From assembly GCA_002633005.1 (NCBI GenBank), contig NMRA01000020.1:25621-89620 (forward strand): 64,000 nucleotides of DNA. Direction: 5' to 3'. Shown here one piece after another: positions 49,398-62,595 of the stretch (the first letter of the stretch is position 1; each line of letters opens with the position of its first letter). The notes beneath the pieces were generated by a model. The model worked only from the letters and a program-made list of their open reading frames with translations. It did not search any database and had not been told where the DNA came from. The position numbers and the translations under genes are program-made. This stretch comes from Phoronis australis. Its lineage: Eukaryota; Animalia; Phoronida.

Positions 49398-52300
49398 ATG
49401 CTGCGGAATCCCTTACGATCGGTTTGTATGCTCCACTTCGTCTTATTTTCTAAGACTGTACGCGGCCCTTGATTTTCTTAGCGTAGGTGACACTCACCGA
49501 AAATGTTGTGCGTGAACTTGGAATGAGACTGTCAAGACCCCAGCCCTAGGCTCATCAAGATTGCGTATGCGGGTGCTAGACATTCATATCAGCAGTCTTG
49601 AGACTAAGCCTTACAAAGAAAGCGAAGAGGAGGATTATGAACGTTCAATTTTATGCACTTATAGTGACTTATTTATTTCATAATATTTGGCCCCAAAGTA
49701 CAACAACCCACTTTAATACGCCCATCATTATATTCGTTTTGGTGCATTAATATATCTCAAGGCATACTCAACACTTTCCCATTCAGACGGATTCCATGTA
49801 ATGTGCACCCCTAAGTGTCCCTCTTTTATTGTTATTGCATCTGTTTTTGGTGCCTGTCTCTCTATATATTTGCCAAACCGCTCGAAGCCATGCAAGATAA
49901 TGAAATTCTACAGACGTTCCTATTGAGATGTGGACAGCTGATATTCATGTTCAGACCGCTTAACTGTAGCTATGTCTATGGCACTCCCTGTTGTCAATTT
50001 AGCTTTCCTTTGCATATTTTATGTCTACCTAGTTTCTTGATGGATTTCTGAAATTTTACAGTGTGCTGACTTCCATTGAAGGGCAGATTTGGTACATATT
50101 CCATTTTCAGATAGATTCAACATATTCTGCATCCCCCTAGTGGTCATTTTTGCTATTTTGTAAATAAACTTATGTAGTTATTTCAAAGATCGTCTTCATT
50201 AGAACGAAGAGTATCTGTACATAAACAAAAGCAGGACTTAGCCCAATGATATGATAAAGTTCTACTATGTGAAATACGGCTTAAAATAGTCGTATTTACC
50301 AATAAAAGAGTTCAACAGCACAATCATGGGTTGAAGCGAGTAGCGGAAGGAAGTCATATAGCGACACCTATCGTTCGCCGAACAAAGTATTCTTTATTTT
50401 GATGTCAGCTATTTTTGGCGTCGGCCTCGCTATCTGTCAAAGTGGTTGAAGGGTCATTATTTAAATTTCATTTGTTCATGAGGTCAATTTGATGCTTCTC
50501 ATCTTTCATGAAAAAATAAGAAAAGAAAATTGCAGTTGTTGGCTACATGAATTCAGTAAGTTTAGTATGATGGTAGCCTATGAAATGGTGGCATTAATTT
50601 GACACCACTTCTCTTTACTATCCTAAACATGGAAAAGAAGGCAAATGAATTTTTATTTTCATGTGTCATCCATATTACAAGTTGATGACTAAAATTTTCC
50701 CACACTTCATAAGTGTTACACACATATGGATTACTAAAGACAAGATGTGAAAATTCCCGTGCTGATCGTGAAGTGCAGATTGTGTGTTTGATATACTCCT
50801 TAGTTTAGTGTCAAGATTTGATGTTTTGTAGGAATGCCTTGCAGTTTTATTGTCGACGTAATTATGTGTTTAATTTAATAATATACTGCTTGTTACAGGT
50901 GTCATGCCTGGGTAGGGCAGGTTTGAGGAGGATGTGCTCAGACGTAGATGCAGATGATACTCCCGTCAGAGCAGAAAAGGGTTTGAATCATTTCTTTTCA
51001 CTTCATTGTTTATTGTGTAGGATTAAAGCCCCGTGCAGCGCCATGTTTAGAAACCATTGTTTTGGTTCATGTTTTGGGGTGCAGGATTCTCCCTAGACAA
51101 ATATTCAAAGATGGCACAAAGTGTGTATTGCGTTTTCGCTTCCTAAAATCTCTCCTTCCTGCTATTTCTCAGAAACAGTCTGTTACACATTGCTTTCATT
51201 TGCTGAGCATGTCACCATCATTTTTACAACAAAACAATTCACCATAAGTACGTCTATGCTGTGCCATTTCACTCAATTCTCCTGTAACGCTCAATTTTTG
51301 CTTCGCAAACTCAGGCTCGCAGTGCTTTTAAAGACAATAGTTGGATTTATCGTGACCGCATTTTGAGAACCAGTTTTCTCCAATGAATGGCAGGCATCAA
51401 ACTGGTTCTCAAATTGTGGGCGCGTTGTATCCGACTATTGCCCTTTTCATGGTGTATGACCAAGTTTGTTGAGGGATATTACTGGGGATGTATGACCAAG
51501 TTTGTTGAGGGATATTACTGGGGATGTATGACCAAGTTTGTTGAGGGATATTACTTGGGATGGAACCCTTTGTTTCGTTTTGTTTCCTAATTACGCATGA
51601 CAATGCTACAGAGTGATTGGAGTCCATTGACTCTCGGAAAGATTGACAGCGGCTAACGTAATTTATTGCAGTTTAAAGTTTTGCGACTTCGCGTTGACGT
51701 GATTAGTGCTACCTGGTCCTTTAAAGAATGGTTTTTCAAACAGACTGGCACGTACATGTCTTGAAGGTGGAAATAGTTCATTGTTTGTAGTTGGAAAATG
51801 TTTCTTTGGGCAATTTTTTTTGTGCTAACTTATGTCATCTTTTAAGGCATTCTCATTCCTCAGATGTATAAAGTTTGCAGTGTTTCAAATTTTACAATTC
51901 TTGGCAAGTGGATTACAACTAATTTTTTTTAAGATCTGAGTAAAAAGGTGTGCAGCAAGCTCCAACACAATGAACCACATTCGCGTGCCCGTTTTAAAAG
52001 AAAGAATGTTTTGAGTGAAATTTTTTTAGATTAATTTGTTTGGCTATTTCTGTTATCACACCCAACCATTGTTTTGTTGCTAATTGACGTAGTCGTTTCC
52101 CGTATCAAGCAATCTACATTTAACGATGTAAGCAAGCTGCAAAAACAGGCTGTTGTAATGGAGGAGCGCTTGTAATTATGGACGACAAACATTCAACTGT
52201 TTAGTGGAATTAGACAAAGTGTCAAATTTTGTTTACCAACGTTGAAAGACGAAACAAAATTTCACTTCTCAACAAATATGTTACGGTGTTGTTTTTTCAA

Positions 52301-55300
52301 TCCCACCTCACAGCAGGAGTAAGTTGACAGCATGGGGATCACCAGGAATTCCTTAAATCTTGTTCCCAATTCACAATTGTAGCTGGCCATGAATCTTTGC
52401 GAAATAAAAAACTGTTGCCCACTAATAGTACAGTTAATTACTGTCTTCTTTTACGAATGGCGCAATACACCGTATACACACTGATCAACCAGTTTTATAG
52501 AGAACTCAAACTGGTGTATACTGTTGAATCATGCTGTCTGCTGGATGTAGGATGGACCGACGAAATCCTGAGAGATGAACTGATTAACTAAATATTGGAT
52601 ATGCCGGATGACATGAATTTAGTTGTGGGTGTCTTTGTCATGTTATCGAGCATCCACGTGTCACTTCTTTACATTCTATCAATTTACGCTCCGCAATACA
52701 CAGTCATCAATTTGTTGTCGTAATGTGGTTGCTGTGGTGACGGCTATTGCAGGTGTCAACATGGTGATCCTGTTAGGACGTGTGGGCCGCGATGCTGAGA
52801 GAAGAGGTACAGAAAGCCACCCTGTTGTTGTGTTTCCCTTGGCTACGAATATCACGTGGATGTCACCAGATGGTATGTGTCTGTTTACGAGTTTAAGTGA
52901 ATCGTGCTTGTTCACATTGGGGGTAAACATCGCTATGGTAACACAGTTTGCTGTTGCGTTGACCGTTTTCACTTCACAAACTATTGGCGTCTATTATTAC
53001 TATTCAAGTGAATGCCCGTTGGTCATGATATTTCAATCATCGACCTGTGAACCAAAATGGTCCAACTGCCCTGCGTCTTGGGTGAGTAGGCATTTATCCA
53101 TACAAGTACAGTCATTGAGTTGTACAAAGAAAGTTACCCTGTTTCAGAAAAGTTCTTTCTTTCAACAAAAGCAGAAACGAAAAACGATACCACTGAAACA
53201 CTTGGATGACCCAAGATGATAGTTCATATTAGTTGTGCTCTATGGTTGTGCATACACAATACATCAATAAGCTTGTCAGCACCCTGTCACACCAAGGTAT
53301 AGTTGGTATTGCATTTAAGATTTCCGCCTGGTTCCCTGGCCATTTCTTTTGACATGGGCTCAGGGTTCCTGAGAACCAGTTTGGTGTGACAGGACTCCGT
53401 AATGTCATCATTAGTGTGGCAGCAGACAATGTGCACACATCATGTCATTGTTTCTTATTTAACATAGGTTAGCTTGCAATAAGTGAAACGACACCTATGT
53501 TGAAATAATTTCTTCTTTAAGGTTATGGAGGACTCTAGAAAAATGTCCGTGACTTAATTTAGAACATCAAATCGTATGAAACTTTCAGATACGATGTTTT
53601 AAGCATTGCTCTCCAAAATGCTGTTAGGAACTGTTTTCAAACTGTTCAACTTTTGCATGATGAAGTATAAAAAAATATGACTTTCCTGAAAAAGATCAAA
53701 AGTTGCATGAATTAAAAACTGTAACAGCATTTTTGAGATTTCTTCTTAAATTTTCAAATAGCAATACATTGCAATATATTGCTATCAATGTGACCCAATT
53801 AATGGCACATTGGTAAAAAGTCAAAAACCGAATTTCACAGACTTTCTAATGTTTGAAAATATACAACTTGAACTGTAATCTGTAGTTTTGTAGACATTTG
53901 GCTAAGTAGACAGACTTATTAATGTTGATAAGGCCCTGAATACCCATGATCCATTTCAGGTGTGAGACAAAAAAAGACAGAGTGGCACAGAATCTCAGTG
54001 TTCAAGAATTCACTACGTGATTTTGTGGCTATGAACATACGGAAAGGGTGCGTTTTGGTGCAAGATTTTCATTTTCTGTCTTTCCTCAAAATTGGCCAGA
54101 TTTTATTTACTTTGAAGCATGTTGAAGCTGTCAGGACTAATTTCTAAGAAGAACGTTTTTTTGAATTGTTTTGTTGTAAGTGGAATTTGAGTTTTTTAAT
54201 GATGGCCATGAATGTGGTCGGTCAATCAATAGTACTCTCACTATTGGTCAATGCTGTAGGTGGTAGGTTGATAATCCTTGTTAGTGTGGAGCTTGCCAAC
54301 TGGACGTTATCTCTAGGAGCCAGTTATAATTCTTGAGTGAAGATTTGAAGAAAACCACAAAAAATCCACAAAAACAAACTTCCTTGTCAATAGTCTTTAA
54401 TCTTTTAAATTTGTTAGTGTATTTGTGCTCAATCTGTTATAGGTAACTGTTTTCTGAATTAGTGTTTGTCTTATAAGTTGAATATTCTCGGTGTAGGAGC
54501 ATCACTCATTTCTTTGATGTCTACGCTCAATAATAATAACACTATTGTGGATTAACGTGTGTCGTTTTTTTCTTGGCGTGATAGTTTGTATCTAGTTCTG
54601 TATTTAATGTTGTGAAAATGGTGAGACTCAGACAAGTACAAATAGTTGACCTATAGTGACCATTAGACTAATGCATCGTCGATCTGAATAATTTTCTATA
54701 GCAGTCCACAGTGTTTCTGTAGAAATTAAATCGTGTTTCTGCAACACAGCTATAAACATGACTATTGTGACGAAAATTTTCTGATTTAGACTACTTTCTG
54801 TTATGAAAATGCTCTCAAATTGTTCAATAGTCAAAATAGTTGTGATTTCCTGGCTTGGAAAGAAGTGACAAATCATTATTGCTTCAGATTAATCTCTATT
54901 TTCGTTGATTTGTCGTGTCGTGTCATTTTAGTCCCGAGCATGGCCTGGAACAATGGCGAACTGTCGGTTCCTCACAAGTCGAAAAGTCACAACTCATCTG
55001 AGAAAAGAACAAGTACTAAAAATTTATAGTGATACTTGTGGTCTAAGTCTGAAATTTGATTGTTAGACGGAATGAGGAGTTATCGTTGTTTTCACTTGTG
55101 CTTTAAATGCTTTCTTTCTTCACCAGAGACCGTCTTCACGTGACAGGAAGTCTCAGTTATAGCGAGTACACCGACAGCAACGGACAGGAACAACGGGCGA
55201 CGAGCATTATAGCTGGTAAGTGGGCAGCAGTCGGATATAACGTAATTTGAGAACCAGTTTGATGCCCATTATTCAGTGGAGAAAACTGGTTCTCAGAATG

Positions 55301-56607
55301 CAGGCACGTTATATCCAACCATTACCAGTAAGTGTACAGTGCCAGTAGTCTTGTTTCATGAAAAGTGACTTCAGACTCAAGACAGAAATTTGATCTTACG
55401 CTCCACCTTACGGTGTCTGAAAAAAGTGAAATCTCATTTGAGCAGAAGTGTAAAGTCTGTGAGAATAGACACTCTACTGTTAGTTACTGTGATAATTTGT
55501 ACAAGTTATTTCTAGACTGCGATGTGCTATTAGTTATGTGGCTAAATCTTGAAAAGAGTTATTTCTAGACTGTGATGTGCTATTAGTTATATGGCTAAAT
55601 CTTGAAAAGAGTTATTTCTAGACTGTGATGTGCTATTAGTTATATGGCTAAATCTTGAAGTAAGAGCACAAGTTCAAATGTCTGTCAGAAGTCGTAAGTC
55701 ACTTTCATGACACAGACCCTAGGTTCAGAGATGTATATCTTTAAGTGCTGCCCACTGATAACTGCCGGGAACCTGATTTTAAAAATCTGCCAAAAAATTC
55801 TGTCAAAATTCAGAGAAATCGTGGATTCAAAGTTAGATTTTGTTTTCTGGATGTTATCGAGAGAATTTCAACAGTTTTTTCTTTTTTTTCTGTTATTTCA
55901 CTGCTGTGATACACAGGCTCTGATAACCTCGTGGTTCAGCCTCTGTATATATAGCGCACTCTGGTGGCGAGTTGCTAGGGCGCTTTTAATTATAACGTGA
56001 TTCCAAATCCTGATTATGATCCTCTTTCTGTCCCCTGCTAATGCACCAATGGCATCACACTTGGAAGCAGGATTCACCTTAAAATGTTTGGATTAGTCCG
56101 CCTTCCCCACAGTTGCTATGCAACTCACCGTAAGCGTAGGTCGCATTTGATGGTTAAGGGGATTATGTGCCAGAAAATATGACCATGCGGGACTGGCAAA
56201 AGCGCATAGTTTTTGCTCTATCCTGGGGATATAACCTATGGTTTCCATGCATTTTGGGGCTAGATTTCAATTGCTTAAGATGGTCATGTGTTTGATCTTT
56301 AAACACGTCAGTAAAATGGTCGAATATGTAAATTTGACAAAATGAGATTTTTTGATGAGCTGAATCTCTACAGATTAGGGTTTTATTGTTCAGACTAATT
56401 TGTAAAGTTACCAGACGTTGTTCATGCAAGGAGATTTCTAGCTTAGTTGCCAATATCAAACTCATTCCAGTTTGGAGTGATTGTGTGAATGGTACTGAAG
56501 TGTCTAGTTGTGTCGTCCAATGCTTCTTACTCTTTTTGTTTTGTGTTACAGATGATATCGTCAATTTGACAAAGAATTTCCAAAAAGAAGAAGAGACATA
56601 CACTTAG
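49398..56607 (+). CDS. SSBP1: Mitochondrial single-stranded DNA-binding protein (OB-fold SSB), 152 aa, 6 exons
   Basis: Exons 49398-49421, 50899-50980, 52753-52872, 53960-54047, 55127-55215, 56552-56607 (459 nt). Arg-rich presequence-like N-terminus MLRNPLRSVSCLGRAGLRRMCS. SSB motifs VNMVILLGRVGRD, FPLATN, KTEWHRISVF, RKGDRLHVTGSLSYSEYTDSNG, TSIIADDIVNL. Confidence 0.92.
51340..51443. mobile_element. Palindromic MITE, with an inverted homologous copy at 55222-55319
   Basis: TTGAGAACCAGTTT...AAACTGGTTCTCA core in both copies. Their flanks also align in opposite orientation. Confidence 0.7.
51453..51562. repeat. 36-bp tandem repeat x3
   Basis: TGTATGACCAAGTTTGTTGAGGGATATTACTGGGGA repeated three times. 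Confidence 0.9.
55504..55659. repeat. About 53-bp tandem repeat x3
   Basis: AGTTATTTCTAGACTGTGATGTGCTATTAGTTATATGGCTAAATCTTGAAAAG repeated. Confidence 0.9.
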
Positions 56608-57086
56608 TAGCTGAAAGACATTGGAACTGTTTAAGAACTGTTGTGTATATTACGCATCTATTCAGTGTAATGGTCGTCTGATCTATTGAGAATGCCTGGT
56701 GTGGTGCGCAGTTTGGAATTGTTGTGGAACGTGAATTATTGGTAAGAGGAAGTGCTGTGGGAAACTTGAATTTGGATCAAGAAATCCTGCCTTGAGATTC
56801 ATCCCGATATTTTTATAAACAAACTGTGCACCACATGTTTTTAATGTTTAGTATCATCAAATTGCACTTAAGTGGACCATGGCCATAATCGCCTCGGAGC
56901 AATGTGGCACATTTGAGTGAATGTAACTGTACACAACTCCACAGAGAAACTGGTTGGAAGTATGACAAGCTCCCTTTCTGTTCTTTAAGAGTAAATTTAT
57001 GTATTGTTACCCTGAAGATATAAGAAAGATTTTATGACTTTGTGGACACTTATGTCTTGCTTAAGTGGTGATCATGTTGATGAAGT

Positions 57087-57092
57087 AATAAA
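57087..57092 (+). promoter_or_regulatory. Probable poly(A) signal of SSBP1
   Basis: AATAAA about 480 nt after the SSBP1 stop codon. Confidence 0.45.
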
Positions 57093-60000
57093 GAATTCTC
57101 CTTATATGAGATGCGACTTATTTTTAGCATAAGGTAATAGAGCAAGTAGTTTCCTTCTTGTGGTCTGTGCACTTGCAAATCTTGTTGAATTTTAGAGCAT
57201 GGTAATTGGCATGTACGTCGTCCAATAAGTACTTTCTATCAACTGCCATAAGACCTTTAGCAAGATAAGAAGCAAGGTGTATTTTTGCCCCACTTTCCCT
57301 TGTTTTCATGGCGCTAACCTATTACTGAACAGCTGGAAGTCGTCTGAAGTTTGTAAGACCTTGTGCTGGTTTTCTGCGTTTAAGCAAAGTAATTTCATAA
57401 GACTAGGGATTTTGACCCACTTTTCTGTTAGTTTTGGAAACCCACAAGCAGTCTATGTATTACCAACCTCTGACAAAACACAATAAAGCAAAAGATTTTG
57501 CGATTAAATATTAATTCTTGTATTAGATAAAGTCAACATATTGACCAGCGACAGAAATACGCCCAGCTTTAAACGTTACTTATTTACAATACCACCTTTT
57601 TTCAAAGACAAACAACATTACATTACGAAGTTAATTGCACAATTTGTCATTACTAGCACGCAGTGTGATAAAAAAAGCAGACAGTAAACAGCAAAACGCA
57701 TGCCTTTGACCGAGACGACACATTGTGGATGATATGAAAAAACTGAAAATACAAACATCTTATACCTAATGAAGTATTCACTAACGAATAAATCTAGATG
57801 AAAGTAATTTCTTACAGTGCAAAAAATATTACACTAAAAACAGGTGAGTGCACTTAACCGACGGTACATGACTCAAAATTAGTAATTAGACTTAATATTC
57901 TTTTGCTCGTGGAAAGTGGTGACACCGAAAGAGTTCTGTCATCTGAATGGCATTTTAGTATTGACTAGCCTGTTGACCAAGACTGGACTTTGGCCAAGGA
58001 TATCCCTTGTGCAATTTAGTAGCACTTGCTGATGTCACGGTGTTCACAGCTGGAGACCCTAACAAGGTGTATTAAGAACACAGTTTTCCAAGTAATGATC
58101 TGATGGAATATATGTGGGGTTCTGTCCTGGCGATCAGAACTGAGGCAAATTTGCAGTAATAGTCACCTACAGGGGTCCCTCATTTTCTCAACTGGGACCT
58201 TTGTAAGTGACTATTATCAAATTCACTACATAGATGAGATAGTCATCAGGGCTTGGAATTTTCCTCTTTTAATTAAGAGAATTTCCTCTTTTCTGGTTTT
58301 GATTTCCTCTTATTTAATTTCCTGTTTGCTCTTTTTGTGTCTCTTTTTTATCATTATTTTGACTTTATTCATGTAAAAACGTTTATTTCAATTAAATTTT
58401 ACAACACAAAAATTTCTATCACACAGGCCTATTTAATTTTGCGGAATGATACATCACCTGGAAAATTTTCTGAGTCATTTGAAAGAAGTCTATTGGGTGT
58501 AAGTGACGTCACATTTTTTTCCTTTAAAGCGGCAGCATTTCCAAGCTCACATTGATGAAATAAGTGTCTGGTAACAAAAAGACCATCACTTAATATAAAG
58601 TAGAAAACAGTGAGAAAGACGTCCATATGAGGTACGGAAACTTCGACATATTAAATAAAGTAATATTACACAAACGAGTCCCTTGAGGTTAAAACAGGAG
58701 TGTTCAAATTTTTCAACATGGACCAAAGGCAATTGCATCATGGGACGAGTCGGGCCGGGCCAGACCTGTGAAATGATGTAACAGTCAAATGTCATCTCTA
58801 GAGACTACTACAAAATGGCTGATATAGCATGGCAGCTTATTCTTGACTTGCCCAACAGCCCAGTATGTCCACCAATGGTAAACCCCAGAAGGCCAAGGGT
58901 TAGAAGAGAATTTTAAGTTCAGCAACTATTACATGCGTGTTTGGATACGGGGATACATTTGTAAAAATATAGTCCAACTCAAACAGTCGTGTACTCCGTG
59001 AAACCAATACGGTTGTAATATTGACTTGAGGATAGGTGGCATGTCCAGGGTAAACTTTGTGAATGTAATGCTTGTATTTTGGCTCCTGCTTCTATCGAGA
59101 TTCAAAATGGAAAATGTTATTTCGCATTCATCAGTTGAACCAAAATCATCCTTTAGCAAGCTGCTTCATCAAAGGAAACCAGTCTATATGGAAGCTCCGA
59201 TCAAATTTTGGCAGGGATAATAGTTGGTGCTGGTTGTTTATAGGTTACGGAAATCATACAGTTGTTGCTCAGCCTCTTTGCCTGAGGTAAAAAGGGTCGA
59301 GAAAAGCTGGTCTGTCTCTATGGTAACAAGAGAAACAGTAACACTCCACATTCACAATCATAATTTTAATCTGTTTTTTTTCACTATGCTAGAATATTCG
59401 AAGAAGATACGAGTTTAGCGGAATTCGGCAGTGCTTGGGTCACAATTTTAATTAAAAAAAATTGGCAAAGATCAATAAAAGTAGGACAATGGCCACAGTT
59501 GGTCCACAGGCGGTGCATTGGATACCCCTGGTAACAAAGAAAGCTAATAATAAATTCGCATAAAATTGAGTTAGGTCAACATAACCCTCAAAAGATCCCA
59601 ATGCTATACTCCAGTGCAGGCTCACAGAAAATGTACACATAGAGTGCCAGGAACTTAGACATCGGAATTTGAAAGCAAATACTGTTGATATTGATATCAA
59701 AATTAATTGCAAATTTCATATTAACACTGAGGTGTCCAGTGTGGCATAGATTATAACTTCACCATAGTATTAGTGTTACATTTTTGCACCAATGCGACGG
59801 ATTTAACATTCTACAGAGAAGCAACGCACATCTTTGAAAAGTCCAAGGAAAAATGATAGTTACAGACTGACGTCTGATGGTGTGTTTTTCTAGACGACCG
59901 TGAAAGGGATGAATATTGTCCCACTTATAGACTGCCAACCTTGAAGGCCAGCACTAGAAGCCCCTTCTATCTACTAAAATAAACCCGGTATTGCACCATC

Positions 60001-60251
60001 TGCTAAATTCATAATAAATACTGTGAAGGCACCTGTCAACCTATCTACTGGCTTCTCGTCATTGACAGCTACTGACGACAAAAACAGTAGGTAAAGCGAG
60101 AACTAAATAAATACACTAGAGTTTTGCTACTATTTGCACTTGTCCATAAAGTCCTCCGCACTAATATAACGTTAACATTTCATTTCTACAAACAACAGTG
60201 AGTTATAGCAAAGTCTCACTGAGAGTTGTTATAACTCACAAAAACATTCCA

Positions 60252-60460
60252 ATCACACACGCGCCAGTTGACCTATCGCCAGGACTTTTGAGTGACGGCT
60301 TAACTGACCAATCAGAATGCAGCATCCTTGACACCTTCGTTTCCAAGCCGCCATTTTACCCAACAAACAACATGCTGCCGGGTAAAACCTTTTGTTTGTT
60401 TGTCCACATTTCGCAAGAGGGCGGACCTTGCGATAAATCAATTCCTGGCGTTGGTGTGAT
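60252..60460. mobile_element. MITE with about 30-bp imperfect TIRs downstream of the OSBPL8 stop
   Basis: ATCACACACGCGCCAGTTGACCTATCGC versus GCGATAAATCAATTCCTGGCGTTGGTGTGAT, with an internal GACCAATCAGAATG. Confidence 0.5.
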
Positions 60461-61316
60461 CTCTACTAATCATGCACTGATTGTCCAATGAGGTTAACTC
60501 CGACTTTTCCTTGACACTCGGATCATTTTCTGAGCTTTAGACGTGTATCATCGAGAGTACCCAACAAAATTAAGTAAGCATTAACGAATGCCGGCAAAAA
60601 GTTTTTCTTAATTTCTAGCTGGGAAACTCATTTTCTAAGCACTATGCATTTTTAACAACTGAAGCACTGTAGGAATACTCAAAATATTGAGTACTGTATG
60701 AAAATACCACATAAAGAGCAGTAACAAACTATTGTACCGTATCCGACTGTCTGAGCACACTATGTAGTTTAGAAATCAAAAATAAGAACTCGCAAGTAAC
60801 CATCAAAGAGTCTACGTAGTGCGCAGATCCAAGAAGAACCGAAACACCTTTGGTTTTAGCGCTTACTGAGTACAGTAAAAACTGCGCTTTCAGTGGTCTT
60901 GCATGTACATATTTATCAGAGCATGATCGGGTTCAAGCTGTCATTAGCACCAAGTAAGCCAAGTCACGCAAATCTTGGCTCGATGTCTGAATATAAGCAA
61001 TGCCAGACAGTCTACAGCACATCTGGACAGTCCTTTGAGTGAAGCACGTGAAGACTCGTTTCTGGTTTTTCTAGGACACACGTGCTCAAACGAATAAATA
61101 CGGTAACTGAATGTCCCGAGCACCCCTGCACAACATCCTGGACTCGAGCACATGACGATCACTACTTTGAAAATGCACAGTAGACCCATCAATCACTTGA
61201 ACATACGTAGCAGATTGACCTATGTGTTGACCAATCACTAAAACATGCACTGTAGATCCACTGGTGTTGATCAATCAACTGAACATGCACCATAGATCCA
61301 AGAGTGTGTTGATCAA

Positions 61317-62180
61317 TCACTTAAAGATATACTGTAAAATGGTCTGCATGAGTAGCACCAAGGCCAGAATGACCCAGTCTCGCGTGCACAGGAATATTCC
61401 ACCAGCCCCGCCATCGCCGGCATGGCGCTGGTACCGTAGCAACTGTTGCTGTAACAATGTCAGTTTCTCATTGTTCTGTCGCTGCATATCCTGCAGAGGC
61501 TCCACCACCTTCCTCAGGACACTCTCATCGAACTTTGCACTAGGCCTCTCTGGAAGAAAGAGCAAGATGGAATGAGAAGGGTCTACTTTGGAAATGGGGT
61601 AAGACAGGTTAAGATGAAAACATAGTGGACGAAAATATACTTAGAACCCAGTGTTTGCAGTTACTGATAAATTAGATACACTTTATCAAAATAGAGATTA
61701 CGGATGTCAATGAATGCAAAATCTTTGATGTGGAATGATGCATTACCAAAGAGAACACCTGTGAAAGCTGTAAATACCTAAATTCGATTCATAAGAGAAG
61801 ACAATTATGTAGGTCTCGCAGCACGAATAAATAAGTAATGCAAAATTTAACACAACAATAACACCTGGAAATATTTCCAGCAGATATCACTACCTCCATC
61901 GCCTTCATCACTGTCTGACGATGATTCAGACATTCTGTTCTCTGTCATAGATCCTACGTTTTCCTTTTCTCGCGCTTCTCTTGGCACAGCCCCTCGCTTT
62001 GCACGTGGCAGTCGCATGCGGTCGACAGACGGTTGACGCAGCGCCCTCTCTGGCCCCTGTTGGCTGACGCTAAGGATGCTCGTTGTCCGCACTAGTGGCG
62101 TCTTGTGGCGAGTTTTTGTTCGGATTATGTAGTCGCATTCATATTGTACCACGTCATTGTTCGGATCCCAAGGACGTGAG
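61317..62180 (-). CDS. OSBPL8: Oxysterol-binding protein-related protein ORP8/ORP5 homolog, last two coding exons (gene continues beyond the right edge of the window)
   Basis: Exon 61894-62180 encodes SRPWDPNNDVVQYECDYIIRTKTRHKTPLV..., compared with ORP8 RPWDPLNDMIQFEKDGVIQTKVKHRTPMV as recalled. Exon 61317-61549 encodes a coiled coil and then a C-terminal TM anchor, FLCTRDWVILALVLLMQTILQYIFK*, compared with ORP8 FLQQKDYFIIFLLILLQVIINFMFK. The phase-1 junction is consistent. Confidence 0.85.
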
Positions 62181-62595
62181 CTAAGAATAGAACCAATATA
62201 TGTAATATGTTCACAGATTTACAAACTTTTGAATTTTCCCGTTCGTTCCGCAAACACTTGTCATGGTTTACCGGACATCAATTACTGTCCTGACATAAAT
62301 ATCCATTCTCATATTTCACTACTTACGTCATTTGATTTTTCATATTTCACAGCCGAAGCCAGATGTCCTTGAATGGTTTCTCAGTCCTGTATGTGATTTT
62401 TGCGATAAGAGTGATCATGTGCTTCACGTGTAATGCAATGCAATACCTCGCAAAGACTTGGGTAATCTCGCTTTTGTCGCAAGACACCTGCTCTATGTAA
62501 CGCAGTCGAGGTCACACAATGGCAAGAAACAACAACAGACAATCATTTGTAGACAAAGGATCATGGAGTGTGGTTGGAAACATATGAATCATCAA

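Noticed and set aside
52623-53219. 198-aa single-exon ORF
   Set aside because: Only 52753-52872 is SSBP1 exon 3. The rest is intronic read-through with no SSB similarity.
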